A model generated the notes under the pieces. That model saw only the letters and a program-made list of their open reading frames with translations, searched no databases and was not told the origin of the DNA. This document shows positions 47,283 to 55,715 of a stretch of DNA of 64,000 nucleotides, in pieces. The position numbers were made by a program, and so were the translations under genes. The stretch comes from Bacillota bacterium. Its GTDB lineage: Bacteria > Bacillota > Clostridia > Lachnospirales > Lachnospiraceae. Position 1 is the first letter of the stretch; each line of letters begins with the position of its first letter. The stretch spans positions 2,845 through 66,844 of the forward strand of contig JAEVYY010000004.1 of assembly GCA_023392535.1 (NCBI GenBank), read 5' to 3'.

Positions 47283-47831
47283 ATGAGTAAAGCAATTGGT
47301 ATGATTGAATTTAAGACAGTATCTTCGGGTGTTACAGCAGCCGATGCGATGGTAAAGACTGCCGATGTAGAGTTACTGGAAGCACAAACGGTTTGTCCTG
47401 GTAAATATATTGCCATTATTGCGGGAACGCTGAGTGCCGTAAAATCAGCGGTAGAGAAGGCGATCGCTCAATATGAGGAAGAGTACATAAACAGTTTTGT
47501 CCTTGGTAATCCGCATGCATCTATTTTTCCAGCGATCTATGGAACGACGGAAATTAGGCAAGTGAATGCACTTGGCATATTAGAGACTTTTGATGCGGCT
47601 TCTATTATTGTAGCGGCAGATGTTGCGGTCAAGACAGCGATTGTAGATTTGATTGAGCTGCGTATCGCAAAGGGAATGTGCGGGAAGTCCTATTTGTATC
47701 TGACGGGAGAGGTTGCTGCGGTAGAAGCCGCAATTGAAAAAGCAAAGATTTCAGTTGCAGATAAGGGAATGTTCCTGGATGCTTCTGTGATTGCTAACCC
47801 GGATCAGCAAATATGTAAATCTATCCTTTAG
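47283..47831 (+). CDS. BMC-T tandem-domain shell protein, PduT-like
   Basis: Two BMC domains in 182 aa. Cys38 in the context QTVCPGKY sits where PduT ligates its pore 4Fe-4S cluster. Confidence 0.8.
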   Translation: MSKAIGMIEFKTVSSGVTAADAMVKTADVELLEAQTVCPGKYIAIIAGTLSAVKSAVEKAIAQYEEEYINSFVLGNPHASIFPAIYGTTEIRQVNALGILETFDAASIIVAADVAVKTAIVDLIELRIAKGMCGKSYLYLTGEVAAVEAAIEKAKISVADKGMFLDASVIANPDQQICKSIL

Positions 47832-47865
47832 TCAGCTATGAAATTCCATATAAGGAGGAGTATTT

Positions 47866-48633
47866 ATGCTTGCGCTAGAACGCAGAAATCTGATACTGGA
47901 AAAGTTACAGGAAGAGAAAAAGGTGGTCGTAAGTGAACTAAGTCAACTATATAATGTATCGGAAGAGACTATTCGAAGAGATCTGGAAAAGCTTGATAAA
48001 GACGGGCTTGCCACCAAAAGTTATGGTGGTGCTGTCATGAAAGAAAATACGAATATAGACCTTCCTTTTAATGTGCGGAAAAAAAAGAATGTGTCTGGAA
48101 AACAGAGAATCGCGGAGCTTGTAGAAAGTTTGATCCAAGACGGAGATCATATTATCCTGGATGCAAGTACTACGGCAGTGTTCATTGCGAAAGCAATCAA
48201 ACAAAAAGAAAGACTTACTGTAATCACAAATTCCATTGAAATTATGATTGAACTTTCAGATGTATCAGATTGGAATATAATCTCTTCAGGAGGAAGTTTA
48301 AAGGAAGGATACCTGGCATTGGTAGGGCCAAGGGCAATCGAAGGATTGAGCGCATTTAATGTGGAAAAGGCCATTATGTCCTGTAAGGGAATCGACGCAA
48401 ACAAGGGAATTACAGATGGAAATGAAGAATTCTCACAAGCCAAGCAGGTGATGCTAAAATCTGCAGAACAAAAGATTTTAGCAATTGACAGCTCCAAGTT
48501 TGATGCAGTTGCTTTCTCTAGAGTATGCGATATGAAAGATATTGATATTGTGGTAACAGATGAGCAACCTTCAAAGAAGTGGCTGGAACTATTTGAAGAA
48601 CATAAAATTGAATGTATTTATCCCATGAACTAA
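47866..48633 (+). CDS. DeoR/GlpR-family transcriptional regulator
   Basis: N-terminal DeoR HTH (VSELSQLYNVSEETIRRDLEKL) and a C-terminal sugar-phosphate sensor domain (ILDASTT ... ITNS). Confidence 0.85.
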   Translation: MLALERRNLILEKLQEEKKVVVSELSQLYNVSEETIRRDLEKLDKDGLATKSYGGAVMKENTNIDLPFNVRKKKNVSGKQRIAELVESLIQDGDHIILDASTTAVFIAKAIKQKERLTVITNSIEIMIELSDVSDWNIISSGGSLKEGYLALVGPRAIEGLSAFNVEKAIMSCKGIDANKGITDGNEEFSQAKQVMLKSAEQKILAIDSSKFDAVAFSRVCDMKDIDIVVTDEQPSKKWLELFEEHKIECIYPMN

Positions 48634-48664
48634 AATACATTCCCATTAGTAAAAGAGATCTGTC

Positions 48665-48693
48665 TTGACAGGTAAGTACATGAGTGTTACACT
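48665..48693 (+). promoter_or_regulatory. candidate promoter (TTGACA-17-TACACT) for the thi operon
   Basis: Hexamers with 17-nt spacing, just upstream of the TPP riboswitch. Confidence 0.45.
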
Positions 48694-48696
48694 TGT

Positions 48697-48790
48697 AGCG
48701 CAATAGGGAGCTCGTAAGCGGGCTGAGAGGAAGTAATCGAACTTCGACCTTTATAACCTGATTTGGGTAATGCCAACGTAGGGATACATG
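48697..48790 (+). promoter_or_regulatory. TPP (THI-box) riboswitch
   Basis: Conserved elements GGGAGC...GGCTGAGAGG...ACCTTTATAACCTGATTTGGGTAATGCCAACGTAGGGA match the THI element core (CUGAGA; ACCUGAU..GG.UAAUGCC..CGUAGGGA). Confidence 0.85.
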
Positions 48791-48811
48791 CGAGACAGAT
48801 TAAATCTATCT

Positions 48812-48842
48812 GAGCCTATACCTATTGGTATAGGCTCTTTTT
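48812..48842 (+). terminator. riboswitch expression-platform terminator
   Basis: gagcctatacc-tatt-ggtataggctc followed by TTTTT, located upstream of the thiC RBS. Confidence 0.8.
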
Positions 48843-48897
48843 ACGTGTTCTGTCTTGTTTGTAGATCACTCCGGCGGTAAATATAAGGAGGAAAAAA

Positions 48898-50205
48898 ATG
48901 AATGTTACAACACAAATGGATGCCGCAAAGAATGGTATCCTCACAAAAGAAATGAAAGAAGTGGCTAAAAAAGAAAACTGGGAAGCCGAAAAAATCCGCG
49001 AATTGGTTGCGGAGGGCAAAATAGCGATTCCTGCAAACAAAAGACACACTTGTTTAGAGCCAAATGGAATCGGTTCTATGCTAAGGACAAAGATTAATGT
49101 AAATCTTGGTACTTCCAGAGATTCTTGTGATCTTAATATGGAACTTCAAAAGGTGAACGATGCCATTTCTATGGGAGCGGAGTCTATCATGGATCTTAGT
49201 TCCTTTGGGGATACCGGAAAATTCCGTAGAAAGCTTACTGCAGAATGTCCGGCCATAATTGGAACAGTTCCTATTTATGATGCTGTCGTTTATTACCATA
49301 AACCGCTAAAAGAAATCACTTCCGAAGAATGGATTAAAATAGTCGAAATGCATGCGGAAGATGGTGTGGATTTCATGACAATTCATGTGGGAATCAATAA
49401 ACAAACTGCTCACAGATTTAAGAAAGCAAAACGTTTGACCAATATTGTGTCCAGAGGAGGTTCCATTATATTTGCATGGATGGAAATGACTGGAAATGAA
49501 AATCCTTTCTATGAGCATTATGATAGGATTCTCTCAATTTGTCAGAAGTATGATGTGACATTAAGTCTGGGAGATGCATGCCGCCCTGGCTGCATTGAAG
49601 ATGCCACAGATATTTCACAAATTGAAGAGCTAGTGACACTTGGGGAATTGACAAAAAGAGCATGGGAAAAGAATGTACAGGTCATCATAGAAGGCCCTGG
49701 ACACATGCCGCTTGATGAGATAGCTGCCAATATGAAAATACAACAAACAATCTGCAAGGGAGCTCCATTTTATGTGTTAGGTCCTCTCGTTACCGATGTC
49801 GCTCCTGGATATGACCATATTACTTCGGCTATTGGAGGGGCAATAGCGGCAGCCTCTGGAGCCTCCTTTCTTTGTTATGTGACTCCAGCGGAACATTTAA
49901 AATTGCCAGACATCGATGATGTGAAGGAAGGCATCATAGCTACCCGTATAGCGGCTCATGCCGCTGATATCGCAAAGGGCATTAAAGGGGCAAAAGACTG
50001 GGATCGTAAGATGAGTAAAGCCAGAAAAGAGCTGGATTGGGAAACAATGTTCGAACTTTCTATGGATCCGGAAAAAGCGAGGCGTTACCGTTCTATGTCT
50101 AAGCCAGAAAAAGAAGATACCTGCTCTATGTGTGGAAATTTTTGTGCTATGAAAAATATGAACCGCATTTTAGATGGCGAAATGATTACCATATTTGATG
50201 AATAA
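48898..50205 (+). CDS. thiC: phosphomethylpyrimidine synthase
   Basis: Typical ThiC blocks ([24 protein letters not shown]) and a C-terminal CSMCGNFC cluster motif. Confidence 0.9.
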   Translation: MNVTTQMDAAKNGILTKEMKEVAKKENWEAEKIRELVAEGKIAIPANKRHTCLEPNGIGSMLRTKINVNLGTSRDSCDLNMELQKVNDAISMGAESIMDLSSFGDTGKFRRKLTAECPAIIGTVPIYDAVVYYHKPLKEITSEEWIKIVEMHAEDGVDFMTIHVGINKQTAHRFKKAKRLTNIVSRGGSIIFAWMEMTGNENPFYEHYDRILSICQKYDVTLSLGDACRPGCIEDATDISQIEELVTLGELTKRAWEKNVQVIIEGPGHMPLDEIAANMKIQQTICKGAPFYVLGPLVTDVAPGYDHITSAIGGAIAAASGASFLCYVTPAEHLKLPDIDDVKEGIIATRIAAHAADIAKGIKGAKDWDRKMSKARKELDWETMFELSMDPEKARRYRSMSKPEKEDTCSMCGNFCAMKNMNRILDGEMITIFDE

Positions 50206-50259
50206 TTATGGGTGAGAATATTTGGGTTGCGTAAAATTAGCGCAGAAAAGAGGAAAAGA

Positions 50260-50760
50260 GTGAAAAATAAAAAAATAATATGCAGTGGGATGCTGGTAGC
50301 CCTGGCGGTTACGCTTTCTGGCTTTTCCATTCCAATCAGTGCCTCCAGATGTTTTCCGGTTCAACATTTGATAAATGTTTTAGCAGGTGTCTATCTAGGA
50401 CCCTTTTATGGTATTTTAATTGCTTTTTGTACTTCTTTGATCCGTAATCTTATGGGGACAGGTAGTCTTTTGGCATTTCCGGGAAGTATGGTGGGGGCTT
50501 TTCTCAGTGCCTATCTTTTTCAACGAACTGAGAAGTTTGTCTTGGCTTATTTGGGAGAAATAATAGGTACCGGACTATTAGGCGCGACTCTTAGCTATCC
50601 GGTTGCTGTGTTTCTTATGGGAAAAGAAGTTGCTGTTTTTTTCTTCGTGCTGCCATTTCTCATGAGTACAGTTACGGGAACCGTTCTAGCGATGATTCTA
50701 ATGGAAATCATGCGACGCTCTGGTCTATTTTCCTATGTTAGGGGGCTCGTTCATGAATAA
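50260..50760 (+). CDS. thiW: ECF-transporter S component ThiW (thiazole precursor)
   Basis: Small polytopic membrane protein (FPVQHLINVLAGVYLGPFYG) within the thi operon. The start is uncertain: GTG 50260 is preferred, and the ORF track starts at 50212. Confidence 0.65.
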   Translation: MKNKKIICSGMLVALAVTLSGFSIPISASRCFPVQHLINVLAGVYLGPFYGILIAFCTSLIRNLMGTGSLLAFPGSMVGAFLSAYLFQRTEKFVLAYLGEIIGTGLLGATLSYPVAVFLMGKEVAVFFFVLPFLMSTVTGTVLAMILMEIMRRSGLFSYVRGLVHE

Positions 50761-51625
50761 GATAAACTATTCTTTAGTGGAATTGGTGAGAGAGAAAAGG
50801 CCACTAGTCCATTGTATTACCAACTATGTAACTGCACAGGATGTTGCCAACATCATATTGGCATGTGGCGGCTCTCCCTTTATGGCAGACCATCCAGAGG
50901 AGACTGCCGAGATAACTGCACTTTGTAATTGCCTTCTTTTAAATACAGGAACCATAAAAGAGAACGCTAAGGAAGCAATGATTCAATCAGGAAGAGAAGC
51001 AAATCGTTTCATGCATCCAGTTATATTGGACCCGGTGGGATGTGGTGCTTCCCGTCAACGAATACAGATTATACTTTCCATCATTAGAGAAATAAAATTG
51101 ACGGTAATACGGGGGAATGTCTCGGAGATTACCTATTTGTTGAGTGCTTTAACGAATGGTCTTGCCAATCCATCCAGAGGAGTTGATGCTGATTTTTCAG
51201 ATGAAATTAACGAAGATTCACTGATACCCTTCATAGAAAAGGCCAAAGCGCTAAGCGCTGTAACGGGTGCAATTGTTGTCATGACTGGGAAAACTGATAT
51301 TGTAACAACAAGACAAGAAACCTGGCTGATTAGAAATGGATGTTCCATGATGTCCCAGATTACAGGAAGCGGTTGTATGCTGGACGGTGTCATAGCTGCT
51401 TATGTGGCGTCTATTTCGGATTCCAATGGGAAGATTCAGCAAAATCTCTTATTGGAAGCAGTAGCTCTTGCCACCGCTGCGACTGGTCTTTGCGGGGAAC
51501 GAGCATCAGAAAAAATAAAAAAAATACAGGGGGGGTGTGGAACGTTTCGTTGCTACTTTATGGATGAATTTAGCATGTTAAAGGAATCAATTTTGAAAGA
51601 AGGGGCAAACATTGAAATTTGGTAA
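50753..51625 (+). CDS. thiM: hydroxyethylthiazole kinase
   Basis: PLVHCITNYVTAQDVANIILACGGSPFMA and ITGSGCML blocks. ATG at 50753 overlaps the thiW stop. Confidence 0.85.
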   Translation: MNKINYSLVELVREKRPLVHCITNYVTAQDVANIILACGGSPFMADHPEETAEITALCNCLLLNTGTIKENAKEAMIQSGREANRFMHPVILDPVGCGASRQRIQIILSIIREIKLTVIRGNVSEITYLLSALTNGLANPSRGVDADFSDEINEDSLIPFIEKAKALSAVTGAIVVMTGKTDIVTTRQETWLIRNGCSMMSQITGSGCMLDGVIAAYVASISDSNGKIQQNLLLEAVALATAATGLCGERASEKIKKIQGGCGTFRCYFMDEFSMLKESILKEGANIEIW

Positions 51626-52253
51626 TGAAATATATTTATTATATGCGGTGACAGACCATGTGATGGAAGGCGAAGCTCTTTTTATAGAGAAAATAGAAGA
51701 GGCCCTTTCCGCAGGTGTCACTTTATTACAGCTACGTGAAAAGAATATGGAAACGAAAGCTTTTTTAGAAGAAGCTCTTATAGTACGTGAACTTACGAAT
51801 CGGTATGGAGTCCCTCTTATCATTAATGATAACGTAGACATTGCCATACAATGTAATGCGGATGGAGTACATGTAGGACAAGATGATTTATCACCTTCCG
51901 TGGTCAGAAGCCGTATTGGAGAGAATCGGATTTTAGGTGTCACGGTAAAAACAGTACAACAGGCCCAAAAAGCTTGGGAAGCAGGTGCCGATTACTTGGG
52001 TGTTGGAGCTGTATTTCCCAGTCTAACAAAAAAAGAAGCCATCCCGGTGACAATGGATCAGCTTTCAGAGATTTGCCGGTCGGTTCCGCTTCCGGTGACC
52101 GCGATTGGCGGAATTACCGGTGAAAATGTCTCTTCTTTAAAAGGAACAGGGATAGCTGGAGCAGCAGTAGTTTCTGGGATTTTCCGGCAAAAAGAAATCT
52201 CGTCAGCAGTTCATAGCTTAAAGAAACAATTGCAGAAAGTGGTGATGGTATGA
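51612..52253 (+). CDS. thiE: thiamine-phosphate synthase
   Basis: LYAVTD, LLQLREK, LIINDNVDIA and GVHVGQDD blocks. A TTG start overlapping the thiM end is required to include the conserved N-terminus. Confidence 0.8.
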   Translation: MKFGNEIYLLYAVTDHVMEGEALFIEKIEEALSAGVTLLQLREKNMETKAFLEEALIVRELTNRYGVPLIINDNVDIAIQCNADGVHVGQDDLSPSVVRSRIGENRILGVTVKTVQQAQKAWEAGADYLGVGAVFPSLTKKEAIPVTMDQLSEICRSVPLPVTAIGGITGENVSSLKGTGIAGAAVVSGIFRQKEISSAVHSLKKQLQKVVMV

Positions 52254-53053
52254 TGCGATCGCTACCCTCTGTCTTAACAATAGCAGGTTCTGATTGCAGC
52301 GGGGGTGCTGGAATACAGGCAGATTTAAAGACGATTATGGCGTTTGGTCTCTATGGTTCCAGTGTAATCACAAATCTCACCGCTCAAAATACCATAGGAG
52401 TCCATTTGACGGAGTCCGTTAGCGGCAACATGCTGTCAGGTCAACTGGATGCAGTTTTATCAGACATTCCTCCAGAAGCGGTAAAAATTGGTATGGTGGG
52501 GACCTCTTCCACGATAGAAATTATTGCACGAAGGTTGATGAATTTCCAAAAAGTTCCTATTGTTACAGATCCTGTTATGATATCCACCAGTGGAAGAAGA
52601 ATATTAGAAGAAAGTGCAATCCATGCACTGACAGATAGATTGTTTCCGATTTCGGCTCTTATTACACCTAATATCCCAGAAGCAGAAACACTTTTATCTA
52701 TAGAAAAAGAAATCCATACGAAAGAGGACATGGAACAAGCAGCGCGTAAACTAGGAGAAAAGTATGGGATTTCTATTCTTCTGAAAGGAGGACATCGCAT
52801 AGACGGTGCTGACGATGTATTATATCATAAGGGTCTCATCACATGGTTTATGGGCACACGCATACTAAATCCCAATACGCATGGTACGGGATGTACCCTT
52901 TCCTCGGCAATTGCCTGTGGGCTGGCAAAAGGAATGAAGCTTGAGGAAAGCATTTTAGCAGCCAAAGAATATCTGAATAAAGCATTAAATAGCGGGCTGC
53001 ATATCGGGAAGGGAAATGGACCCCTGTGGCATGGAATAAAGGCGGATACATAA
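52250..53053 (+). CDS. thiD: hydroxymethylpyrimidine / phosphomethylpyrimidine kinase
   Basis: LTIAGSDCSGGAGIQADLKT and GTGCTLSSAIA blocks. Confidence 0.9.
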   Translation: MMRSLPSVLTIAGSDCSGGAGIQADLKTIMAFGLYGSSVITNLTAQNTIGVHLTESVSGNMLSGQLDAVLSDIPPEAVKIGMVGTSSTIEIIARRLMNFQKVPIVTDPVMISTSGRRILEESAIHALTDRLFPISALITPNIPEAETLLSIEKEIHTKEDMEQAARKLGEKYGISILLKGGHRIDGADDVLYHKGLITWFMGTRILNPNTHGTGCTLSSAIACGLAKGMKLEESILAAKEYLNKALNSGLHIGKGNGPLWHGIKADT

Positions 53054-53056
53054 TAA

Positions 53057-53980
53057 TCAGTCTTTATCTTCCACTTCTTCTACTTTAATATGAAATGATA
53101 AGTTGAAGTTGCGTCCGTCTACATTCTTTAAAATCAGTCTATTGTTACCGGCGGGCAAGGTTATGGATGCGATTATGGTGTCCATTTCCTCGTAGTCGGA
53201 AATAGCGTACTGTTTTTCTTTGTTTATCAGCGGGAGGTATTCTCCTTCTTCTGTTTCGTATTGCAATGTCATTGCTCCGAGTTCCATATTTTTATGAGTA
53301 CTTTTAAAATGATATGCTATGCGTACGGTTACCGGAGTGCTTTTTTCTAAATTTGTCTCTAATACAATGTTTGCATCTTTTGTATCTAATTCTGTGTAAG
53401 ACTTTTTTTCCTCATTAAGTATTTTTAAACTTTGACTAACGTCTGGCATCTTTTTTGGGTTTTCACTGCTTTGAGTCTGCGGATCATTACTAATATTGGT
53501 ATCTTCATCTGCACTGTCGTCACTATCACCGTGTGCAATATAAGTATAATCATTGCCATTGATATCTGTTATTTGTATATCCATCTTAAAAGAAGTATGA
53601 TCTCCAAGCAATTGAATTTTTCCGATTCCTGGTTTTACCGGAATTTTTGTATCTATTGTAAATGTATCATTTGAAGCATCGTTACTGTCTGCAATTTCTA
53701 TATCATTCCCTTCTGGATCGACATATACGATTTGTACATTTCCGGATAGATGTTTAAATGTTCCGGAAATCCCGAGTTCATTTTCTGTCAGACAAGACAT
53801 AGTTAAAAGTCCAAGAGGATCGTCTTTTGTGAGATAGACGCTACCAGATAAATGATAGGAAGCACCATCTGTACGGCATTGAAAGTTATTAAAATAACTA
53901 AATGAAGCCATGCGGGAGCAGCCGGTAGTAATGGTTGCCAATATAACGATGATTAGTTGAAACAGTACTGACTTTTTCAT
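53057..53980 (-). CDS. hypothetical lipoprotein
   Basis: Signal peptide with lipobox (LATITTGCS). No family recognised. An acidic central linker separates two beta-rich halves. Confidence 0.5.
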   Translation of the reverse strand: MKKSVLFQLIIVILATITTGCSRMASFSYFNNFQCRTDGASYHLSGSVYLTKDDPLGLLTMSCLTENELGISGTFKHLSGNVQIVYVDPEGNDIEIADSNDASNDTFTIDTKIPVKPGIGKIQLLGDHTSFKMDIQITDINGNDYTYIAHGDSDDSADEDTNISNDPQTQSSENPKKMPDVSQSLKILNEEKKSYTELDTKDANIVLETNLEKSTPVTVRIAYHFKSTHKNMELGAMTLQYETEEGEYLPLINKEKQYAISDYEEMDTIIASITLPAGNNRLILKNVDGRNFNLSFHIKVEEVEDKD

Positions 53981-54107
53981 GATTTATTCTCCGTTCTGTT
54001 TACTTAGGTAGATAATTTGAATATTTTTTAGGATGGAAATGTTTACCTATTTATATAACGAACTAAGTTTAAAATAAACTTCAAAATAAAAGAATTAATA
54101 TATATTG

Positions 54108-55076
54108 CTATAAAGGATTTTCTAATCGATATTGTTTTGGAGTCATGGCAAAGCGTTTCTTAAAGATACGATGAAAATAACTGGTATTTTCATACCCTAC
54201 CATTGCTATAATATTTTCTACTGCAATGCTGGTCGTGGTAAGCAAAAATACAGATTGATTCAGTCGTTTCGCCTGTAACAGATTCTTGAAATGATACCCA
54301 GAGTGTTTTTTTAAAAGTTTACTTACGTAGTAAGGAGGATGTCCCAATAGGTGGGATAGTTCTTCTAAGGATGCATTCTTATAATGATTTTCAATATATT
54401 GAAACGTTGCGAACACCAAGTTTTGTTCAAATTGTCTGGGATCATTCTGATTGATCTTTTCGGTATGATCGAACAAGTGAAGCATCAACAGTTCCATCGT
54501 AGTTTGAATGATATTTCGCTTGTTTGACTGTTTGTTTAACAGTGCCCAAGTCATATTCTCGACCAAGTTCTGAATTGGCAGTATTTCTTTTACCGGAAAA
54601 TGTAGATAATCTACCATACTTTTTTCCTGCTTTAGGGAAGCAATAATAAAGTTACGTAATATATTTTCTTCAGAGGCCATCGCGAAGGTACGGTCAAAAA
54701 ATTCTGGCAGTACAATAAAGTTGACGGCAATGTCATCTTTTCCGGCAGGCAGGATCTCTTGTGTGACATTCTGATTTAGAAATAGGAGTTCTCCGGCGTT
54801 CAAATTCACTTTTTTAGTATCATTGATGATATGAGTGGTGGAACCGCTGCACATATAGATGATTTCCACATAATTATGCTTGTGTTTCGGAAAATGCACA
54901 AAACGGGTGTGTGGACGAATATCAATGACCTTTCCGCTTGCCAGCATGAGTCGGCTGTCAATCACGAATTCATCCGTCGTGGCATATAAATTTTTCTGTA
55001 CATCATTATTTCCATCCAGTAACCGCTGTTCTTCCCCGGTAATGACCTCTAAGAGTCCTAATAATTCTTGATTCAT
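54108..55076 (-). CDS. AraC-family transcriptional regulator (cupin + HTH), divergent from rhaBA
   Basis: C-terminal AraC HTH (MVGYENTSYFHRIFKKRFAMTPKQY) and a cupin-like N-terminal half. ATG at 55076 is preferred because GGGGGA lies upstream of it and the 55103 ATG has no RBS. Confidence 0.8.
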   Translation of the reverse strand: MNQELLGLLEVITGEEQRLLDGNNDVQKNLYATTDEFVIDSRLMLASGKVIDIRPHTRFVHFPKHKHNYVEIIYMCSGSTTHIINDTKKVNLNAGELLFLNQNVTQEILPAGKDDIAVNFIVLPEFFDRTFAMASEENILRNFIIASLKQEKSMVDYLHFPVKEILPIQNLVENMTWALLNKQSNKRNIIQTTMELLMLHLFDHTEKINQNDPRQFEQNLVFATFQYIENHYKNASLEELSHLLGHPPYYVSKLLKKHSGYHFKNLLQAKRLNQSVFLLTTTSIAVENIIAMVGYENTSYFHRIFKKRFAMTPKQYRLENPL

Positions 55077-55110
55077 GTCTGCAAATTCCCCCGTTTTTCT
55101 CATAATACGT

Positions 55111-55254
55111 AGTACATAGGTATGAAATCATTCGGACACGCTCTCGCTCCGATAAAAATCGCAGCGGTACTAATACGTCAGAATCGCTTTGCTCCTGACG
55201 CATAAGGACCGGCGTTTTTATAGGGTCCTTCAGTGATTTTCATACCTATGTACC
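55111..55254. repeat. inverted repeat of about 20 bp (gtacataggtatgaaatca / tgattttcatacctatgtac) enclosing a GC-richer 100-nt segment with two internal hairpins
   Basis: Read directly: the arms match 19/20 with one 1-nt indel. Internal stems are cgtcag/ctgacg and aaggacc/ggtcctt. A third partial copy, cctatgtacca, lies at 55492-55502. Confidence 0.6.
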
Positions 55255-55715
55255 ACTCACTTTTTGAATGCCGCAAAGCACTGCATCAAATACTGGCATC
55301 TGATGACTTGCGATATCGATATATGCGAACCTTTCTGTCCTTCTTTGATGCCTTATATTTTCTGGTGAGCTTATCAGAAAACTTGACATCGTCAATTTGC
55401 ACATACACTTATCAAACAAAAATGGATGCACAACATAGTTCGGTGAGCAACTGTATGAAGCCGCTGGTACTTAGAGCATGTATTTTATGCTCCTATGTAC
55501 CATTGCGTGCTGACCATTTTCTTTAAACCTATTGTGCAAATTTACGAATTCATTGACTGGCTATGATTAGCAATTATTATAGAGTATAGCATTTTGATCA
55601 TTCATGTGCAAATAAGGACGGTAAAATTCGCAAACAACGTCCTAAAAATGGAGAATAAAATACGATACAATACATATGTAAAAAGCTCATGCAGAAGCGA
55701 TGGGAAGGGATAATT

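Noticed and set aside
34880-48633. Possibility that the GRE is a choline TMA-lyase (CutC) or that the locus is B12-dependent
   Set aside because: The GRE sequence blocks match the propanediol dehydratase type I recall rather than CutC. The locus carries an aldolase and lies among fuc/rha genes. No pduCDE, eutBC, cobalamin genes or B12 riboswitch are seen.
53057-53980. Lipoprotein convergent with thiD (3-nt gap), considered as part of a thiamine-related system
   Set aside because: It is on the opposite strand and has no thiamine-binding family motif that I recognise. The proximity seems incidental.
55233-55526. 97-aa plus-strand ORF and 61-aa minus-strand ORF inside the rha intergenic region, considered as a decayed transposase gene
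   Set aside because: The translations show no transposase-like motifs (no DDE or HUH pattern), there is no RBS, and the reading frames are short. I could not support a pseudogene call without a database search.
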